Positions 27,572 to 32,000 of a DNA stretch of 32,000 nucleotides are shown in pieces; the stretch's first letter is position 1; every line of letters starts with the position of its first letter. Origin of the DNA: Synechococcus sp. A15-28 (GTDB lineage Bacteria; Cyanobacteriota; Cyanobacteriia; PCC-6307; Cyanobiaceae). The position numbers were made by a program, and so were the translations under genes. The stretch covers positions 1,860,001 through 1,892,000 of the forward strand of contig NZ_CP047931.1 in NCBI RefSeq assembly GCF_014280175.1, read 5' to 3'. The notes under the pieces are model-generated. The model made no database searches, was not told where the DNA came from, and worked only from the letters and a program-made list of their open reading frames with translations.

Positions 27572-30500
27572 TGGATGTCTTTTCCTTCCGAGACCGGGTT
27601 ATTGAGGACTACGGCCAGTTCTCGCGCAGCTTCACCCAGATCAAATCGCCCGATCTCCAGTCGTTTGTGGACGGGACCTATGGCAAGGGCGAGTACTGGC
27701 CGTCACCACTCATCCAGCTGAATCCAAGCTTTGTGAGCGGCGGCGCCATCAGCAAGCTGGTGGACACAGGGCTCCTTCATCCGGAATGCAGCCGGATCTT
27801 CCGCTGGGGTAAGGACAACGGCACTGGTCAGGAACTCCAGTTACACCGCCACCAGCGCGATGCCATTGAAATTGCCAGCCGTGGCGGCAGCTTTGTCGTG
27901 ACGTCGGGCACGGGCTCCGGTAAGTCGCTGGGTTACATCATTCCGATCGTGAATCGGGTTCTGGAAGCGCGCGCGCGAGGGGATCAGCAGAAACGCATTC
28001 GGGCGATTGTGATTTATCCGATGAATGCACTGTGCAATAGCCAGCAAGAGGAATTACAGAAATATCTCGGCCTTGGCTATCCGGAAGGACCGAAAGTCAC
28101 TTTTGCGCGATATACAGGTCAGGAAAGCGATGAAGAGCGGGAGAAGATCAAGAATGATCCCCCCGACATCCTGCTCACCAACTATGTGATGCTCGAGTAC
28201 ATCCTGACCCGGCAGGATCCACTCGATCAGAAAGTCATCGGCGACGCCAAGGGACTGGAGTTCCTGGTGCTTGACGAGTTGCATACCTATCGAGGGAGGC
28301 AGGGTGCGGACGTCGCACTCTTGGTACGCCGAGTCAGACAACGACTGAATGCCAATCTGCTCTGCATTGGCACCTCGGCCACCATGGCCTCAGAAGGCAC
28401 GGCCAAGGAACGCAATGCCACCGTGGCGCATGTTGCAAGCAAGCTTTTTGGCACCGAAATCCCCAGCGAACACATCGTCACGGAGACGCTGCAGCGCTGC
28501 ACTGAAGGTGATCTTCCCAACCAGGAAGAGTTAACCCAGGCCCTAAGAGTTGATTATTCGACTCAAGTAACCGAAACCTGGACAGCTGAAGATTTACGCC
28601 AGCACCCTCTCGCCCGCTGGGTTGAGTTGAAGCTCGGCCTCGAGAAAGAAGACGGGTTGCCTGATGGCAAATGGGTGCGCTGTAAGCCGCACACCCTTCA
28701 GCAGGCCACCAGCACATTGGCCGAGCAAACAGGGCTAAATGAGGAACAGATCCTGGCAACGTTGAGGGATTTCCTTCTGGCTGCCTATCAGGTGGAAGTT
28801 GGACCGAATCGGCGCTTTTTTGCCTTTCGCCTGCATCAATTTGTCTCCGCAGGCGGCGAAGTGCAAGCATCTCTCCAAGCCCCTCAGAAACGCTATCTCA
28901 CGCTGAAGGCGCAGAAGTACCAACCCAATGCCGGGCGCCAGGCACTGCTCTACCCGGTTGTGTTCTGCCGGAACTGCGGGCAAGATTTTCACCCGGTGTG
29001 GGCCCATCTCAATAACAAGATTCCAGTCAATATCGATCCACGCGATTTCAAAGACGAATCAAGTCTTCGCGAACGGGATGTGGTGAATGGCTACTTCATG
29101 CCCGATGCCAACGGTGAATACACCATCGATGACTTGGAGAAAGCCAACTTTCCCGATGGTTGGCTTGAGCCTGACAAGAATGACGAGCTTGTCCTGAAGC
29201 GCACGTATCGGGAGTTTGCCCCGGTGCCTTGTCGTTTTCGCTCCGATGGAGGTGCGAGCAGTGATGGGCTTTCCGGCTGGTTTCTGAAAGGGAGTTTCCG
29301 CTTCTGCCCAAGCTGTGGTGTGGAGCACGGGGTGCGCAGCAGCGAATTTCGCAAGCTTTGTGGGCTCAACTCAGAAGGCCGCAGCTCCGCCACGACCACC
29401 TTGAGCCTGGCGGTGCTGAGGCAACTGCTGGCGTTCCCAGCGAAGGAGATCCCTGATCAGGCCCGCAAACTGCTGGCCTTCAGTGACAACCGGCAGGACG
29501 CATCACTGCAGGCCGGCCACTTCAACGATTTTGTGCGGGTTCTGCAGCTACGGGCAGGCCTCATTGCCGCATTGAGCGCGCAATCCGAGAAGGAACTGAG
29601 CCTTGAAACCCTGGCGCAGGCCGTGGAAAAAGCCCTACGGCTCGATGCGGAAGACTTCATCGCCATTCCCAACGTCAAACCCAACATCGAGCAAAGCAAT
29701 CGCCGTGCTCTGCGGGGAGTGTTGGAGTACCGGCTGATGGTGGACCTGCGCAAAGGCTGGCGGCTCACCAATCCCAACCTCGAGCAACTGCGGTTGCTTG
29801 AAGTGGATTATGCGGAGCTAGTGAATTGTGCAGAAGACCAGGAGGACTGGGGGCAGCGCCATCCTTTGCTGGCTCAAGCGAGCAGTGAAGAACGGTTCCT
29901 GATCTGCCATCGCCTCCTGGAAGAGCTCAGGGAACGACTTGCGATCGACTGTGATGCACTGATTCAAGAGGAATTCGAACGGCGCAAGAAGTCAGCAACC
30001 GATCTTGAGGAGGTCTGGAGCATCGGCCGCGAGGAGAAGCCAGAGCTGGCCCGCAGTGTGGTGACAAGCCCAGTCCCCCAGGAGCTCAGAAACCGTGGTG
30101 TTGAAGGCTTATCGCTCCGTGGTGAATTCGGTCGCTGGCTGAAGGCACGCGAACGCTGGCTCTCGGCAGAAGACCTCTACCGAACCCTGAAATGGAAGGA
30201 CGACCTCTACCAAGAGGTGATGGGTCACATCCTCGAGATGCTGTCGGCATGGGGCCTTGTGAAGACCGTGGACGTGCGGCTTGGCCGCAAGGCTCGTGAG
30301 GTGATGCAAGGTTGGCGCCTCAACAGCACTGCTCTGCGTTGGACTCTGGTGGACCCGGAATCACCACCTCAGGACCGCTACGCCGCGTGTTTGGAACAAG
30401 TGCGGCAGAACAGTGGGCGACGTGGGCCGGTCAACCCCTACTTCCGAAGTCTCTACGCCGACCTCGCCCATCTGATCGCAACAGAAGGCCGACCATTCCT

Positions 30501-32000
30501 GCAGACGCTGTCCGCACGGGAGCACACAGCCCAAGTGGATGCGAGTGAGCGCGAACGACGGGAAGATGACTTCCGCAGTGCTGCCCTGCGGCTGATGTAC
30601 TGCTCACCCACGATGGAATTGGGCGTTGATATTTCATCGCTCAACACTGTTTACATGCGCAATGTGCCGCCCACGCCGGCGAACTATGCGCAGCGCAGCG
30701 GACGCGCCGGCCGTAGCGGGCAACCAGCTCTGGTGTTGAGCTATTGCGGTGCCACCTCACCCCACGACCAGTACTTTTTTGCGGATCCAGTGCGGATGGT
30801 GGCGGGTGCTGTAAGTGCTCCAACGCTGGAATTGGCCAATGAAGAGTTGCTCAAGGCCCACTTCCGGGCGCTTTGGCTGGCAGCCACTCGGCAGCGCCTG
30901 CCCGGGAAGGTGAAGGAGCTGGTGAACATCAGTGCCCCAGGGCGGCCAGTTCAAGCAGAGCTGATGGAGGCCCTCTCCAGGGATGAGGCCTACCGCTCAG
31001 CCCAGGCTGATTGCCAGGCCATCGTTGACGACCTGATCGAGAAGCAATGCCTCGGAAGCACGCCACCGCCATGGCTCACAGGCAGCTGGCTAGAAGCGAT
31101 CACCCATGGCGCCGCGCTGGATTTCGAGGCCGCGCTCAGCCGCTGGCGTGAGCTTCTTGAGGCAGTGGATGGTCAGATCAACCAGGCACTCAAAGATCTG
31201 GGGAACCACGCCATCAGCGAGCGGGAGCGTCTGGCCGCCGACACCCGCCTCAAAGCAGCACGAATGCAACAACAGTTGCTGCTGGCGGATAAGCCAGGAA
31301 GCGGCAACAGCAACAACGACTTCAGCACCTATCGCTACCTGGCAAGCCAAGGCTTCATGCCGGGGTACAACTTCCCGCGTCTGCCGCTGATGGCGTACAT
31401 CCCTGGCACACGAGAACAAGTGGGCGGCGGCACTTACATCACTCGCCCGCGGTTTGTCGGCATCAGTGAATTCGGTCCCCACTCACTGATCTATCACGAG
31501 GGGAACACCTACAAGGTGAAAGGTGCACTGCTGGGGTTGCAGGACAACGCGGCTGCAGCCGGATCAGCCACCCTCGCCACGCAGGACGCCTTGGTGTGTG
31601 GGGCCTGCGGCCATGCCCATCTCGGTAATGCCGCTGAATCAGAACTGTGTTGCCACTGCGGCACACCGCTGAAGCTGCATCCCGAGGGCAAAGCCGTTCG
31701 GATCCCAAAGCTGTATCAAATCGAGCAGGTCACCACGAGGAGAGCTGATCGGATCACCTCCGACGACGAAGAACGGCAACGCCTCGGCTATGAGCTGATC
31801 ACCACCTACGAATTCCCCAAGGACAACGGGGTGGTGAAAGTGGCGAAGGCCCAGGTGAGCTGCGAGGGGCAGCCGTTACTGGAGCTCAGCTACGCACCAG
31901 CTACGCAGATCAGCCGGGTGAACCTCGGCTGGCGGCGGCGGGAGAACAAAAACGACATGGGCTTCCCGATCCACCCGATCAACGGACAGTGGGGCGGCGA
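27571..32000 (+). CDS. Large DExH-box (SF2) helicase with a DUF1998/MrfA-type zinc-binding module; partial, more than 1476 codons, running off the right window edge
   Basis: Not in the ORF track because it has no stop in the window. I translated frame 1 codon by codon from ATG 27571 to 31998 and found no stop. Motifs: TSGTGSGKS (res 111), DELH (235), TSAT (268), LLAFSDNRQDA (about 637), QRSGRAGR (1041), YRYLASQGFMPGYNFPR (1254), CGAC...CCHC (1343-1363). The ATG shares its A with the upstream TGA. Confidence 0.9.
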   Translation, partial: MDVFSFRDRVIEDYGQFSRSFTQIKSPDLQSFVDGTYGKGEYWPSPLIQLNPSFVSGGAISKLVDTGLLHPECSRIFRWGKDNGTGQELQLHRHQRDAIEIASRGGSFVVTSGTGSGKSLGYIIPIVNRVLEARARGDQQKRIRAIVIYPMNALCNSQQEELQKYLGLGYPEGPKVTFARYTGQESDEEREKIKNDPPDILLTNYVMLEYILTRQDPLDQKVIGDAKGLEFLVLDELHTYRGRQGADVALLVRRVRQRLNANLLCIGTSATMASEGTAKERNATVAHVASKLFGTEIPSEHIVTETLQRCTEGDLPNQEELTQALRVDYSTQVTETWTAEDLRQHPLARWVELKLGLEKEDGLPDGKWVRCKPHTLQQATSTLAEQTGLNEEQILATLRDFLLAAYQVEVGPNRRFFAFRLHQFVSAGGEVQASLQAPQKRYLTLKAQKYQPNAGRQALLYPVVFCRNCGQDFHPVWAHLNNKIPVNIDPRDFKDESSLRERDVVNGYFMPDANGEYTIDDLEKANFPDGWLEPDKNDELVLKRTYREFAPVPCRFRSDGGASSDGLSGWFLKGSFRFCPSCGVEHGVRSSEFRKLCGLNSEGRSSATTTLSLAVLRQLLAFPAKEIPDQARKLLAFSDNRQDASLQAGHFNDFVRVLQLRAGLIAALSAQSEKELSLETLAQAVEKALRLDAEDFIAIPNVKPNIEQSNRRALRGVLEYRLMVDLRKGWRLTNPNLEQLRLLEVDYAELVNCAEDQEDWGQRHPLLAQASSEERFLICHRLLEELRERLAIDCDALIQEEFERRKKSATDLEEVWSIGREEKPELARSVVTSPVPQELRNRGVEGLSLRGEFGRWLKARERWLSAEDLYRTLKWKDDLYQEVMGHILEMLSAWGLVKTVDVRLGRKAREVMQGWRLNSTALRWTLVDPESPPQDRYAACLEQVRQNSGRRGPVNPYFRSLYADLAHLIATEGRPFLQTLSAREHTAQVDASERERREDDFRSAALRLMYCSPTMELGVDISSLNTVYMRNVPPTPANYAQRSGRAGRSGQPALVLSYCGATSPHDQYFFADPVRMVAGAVSAPTLELANEELLKAHFRALWLAATRQRLPGKVKELVNISAPGRPVQAELMEALSRDEAYRSAQADCQAIVDDLIEKQCLGSTPPPWLTGSWLEAITHGAALDFEAALSRWRELLEAVDGQINQALKDLGNHAISERERLAADTRLKAARMQQQLLLADKPGSGNSNNDFSTYRYLASQGFMPGYNFPRLPLMAYIPGTREQVGGGTYITRPRFVGISEFGPHSLIYHEGNTYKVKGALLGLQDNAAAAGSATLATQDALVCGACGHAHLGNAAESELCCHCGTPLKLHPEGKAVRIPKLYQIEQVTTRRADRITSDDEERQRLGYELITTYEFPKDNGVVKVAKAQVSCEGQPLLELSYAPATQISRVNLGWRRRENKNDMGFPIHPINGQWGG

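Noticed and set aside
19606-32000. Searched the island for an integrase, transposase/IS ends, a duplicated tRNA-Ser 3' end (att site), CRISPR repeats and methyltransferase motifs.
   Set aside because: None was found by eye within the window. The island end lies beyond 32000, so absence here is not conclusive.
27571-32000. Considered naming the large helicase DruE (Druantia) or DrmA/DrmB (DISARM).
   Set aside because: Only the generic DExH plus DUF1998 signature is visible. The canonical partner genes are not upstream, and the downstream region is outside the window, so a named-system call would be unsupported.

Overview
High-GC cyanobacterial chromosome segment. Gene order and protein sequences look like a marine Synechococcus/Cyanobium-type picocyanobacterium (inference, no search run). 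Positions 1-19.5 kb are conserved core. They hold divergent ndhN-ldpA on the minus strand, then the long cyanobacterial ribosomal-protein supercluster on the plus strand (rplC-rplD-rplW-rplB-rpsS-rplV-rpsC-rplP-rpmC-rpsQ-rplN-rplX-rplE-rpsH-rplF-rplR-rpsE-rplO-secY-adk-rpmJ-rpsM-rpsK-rpoA-rplQ-truA-rplM-rpsI-rpmE-prfA). After that come a small conserved HNH protein (minus strand), alr and tRNA-Ser(GCU). Composition and gene content change directly after the tRNA (19606 onward), giving a mosaic accessory island rich in nuclease and helicase genes. The island contains: an overlapping RHH / PD-(D/E)xK-like pair; a GIY-YIG/T5orf172 protein; a clearly lower-GC block (about 21.7-24.1 kb) with a two-gene minus-strand cassette bracketed by a 127-bp direct repeat that duplicates the 5' end of the next gene; and a translationally coupled pair of very large genes. 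The first large gene (24095..27571) fuses a RecB/Cas4-like nuclease, an RNase H-like module and an SF1 helicase. The second starts at 27571, is open to the window end (more than 1476 codons) and is absent from the supplied ORF track because it has no stop in the window. It is a DExH helicase with a DUF1998/MrfA-type zinc module. This two-helicase module is my best candidate for an undescribed defence or DNA-surveillance system. It resembles parts of DISARM, Druantia, MrfAB and Nhi but matches none of them by gene content. No CRISPR array, integrase, transposase or rRNA was seen.
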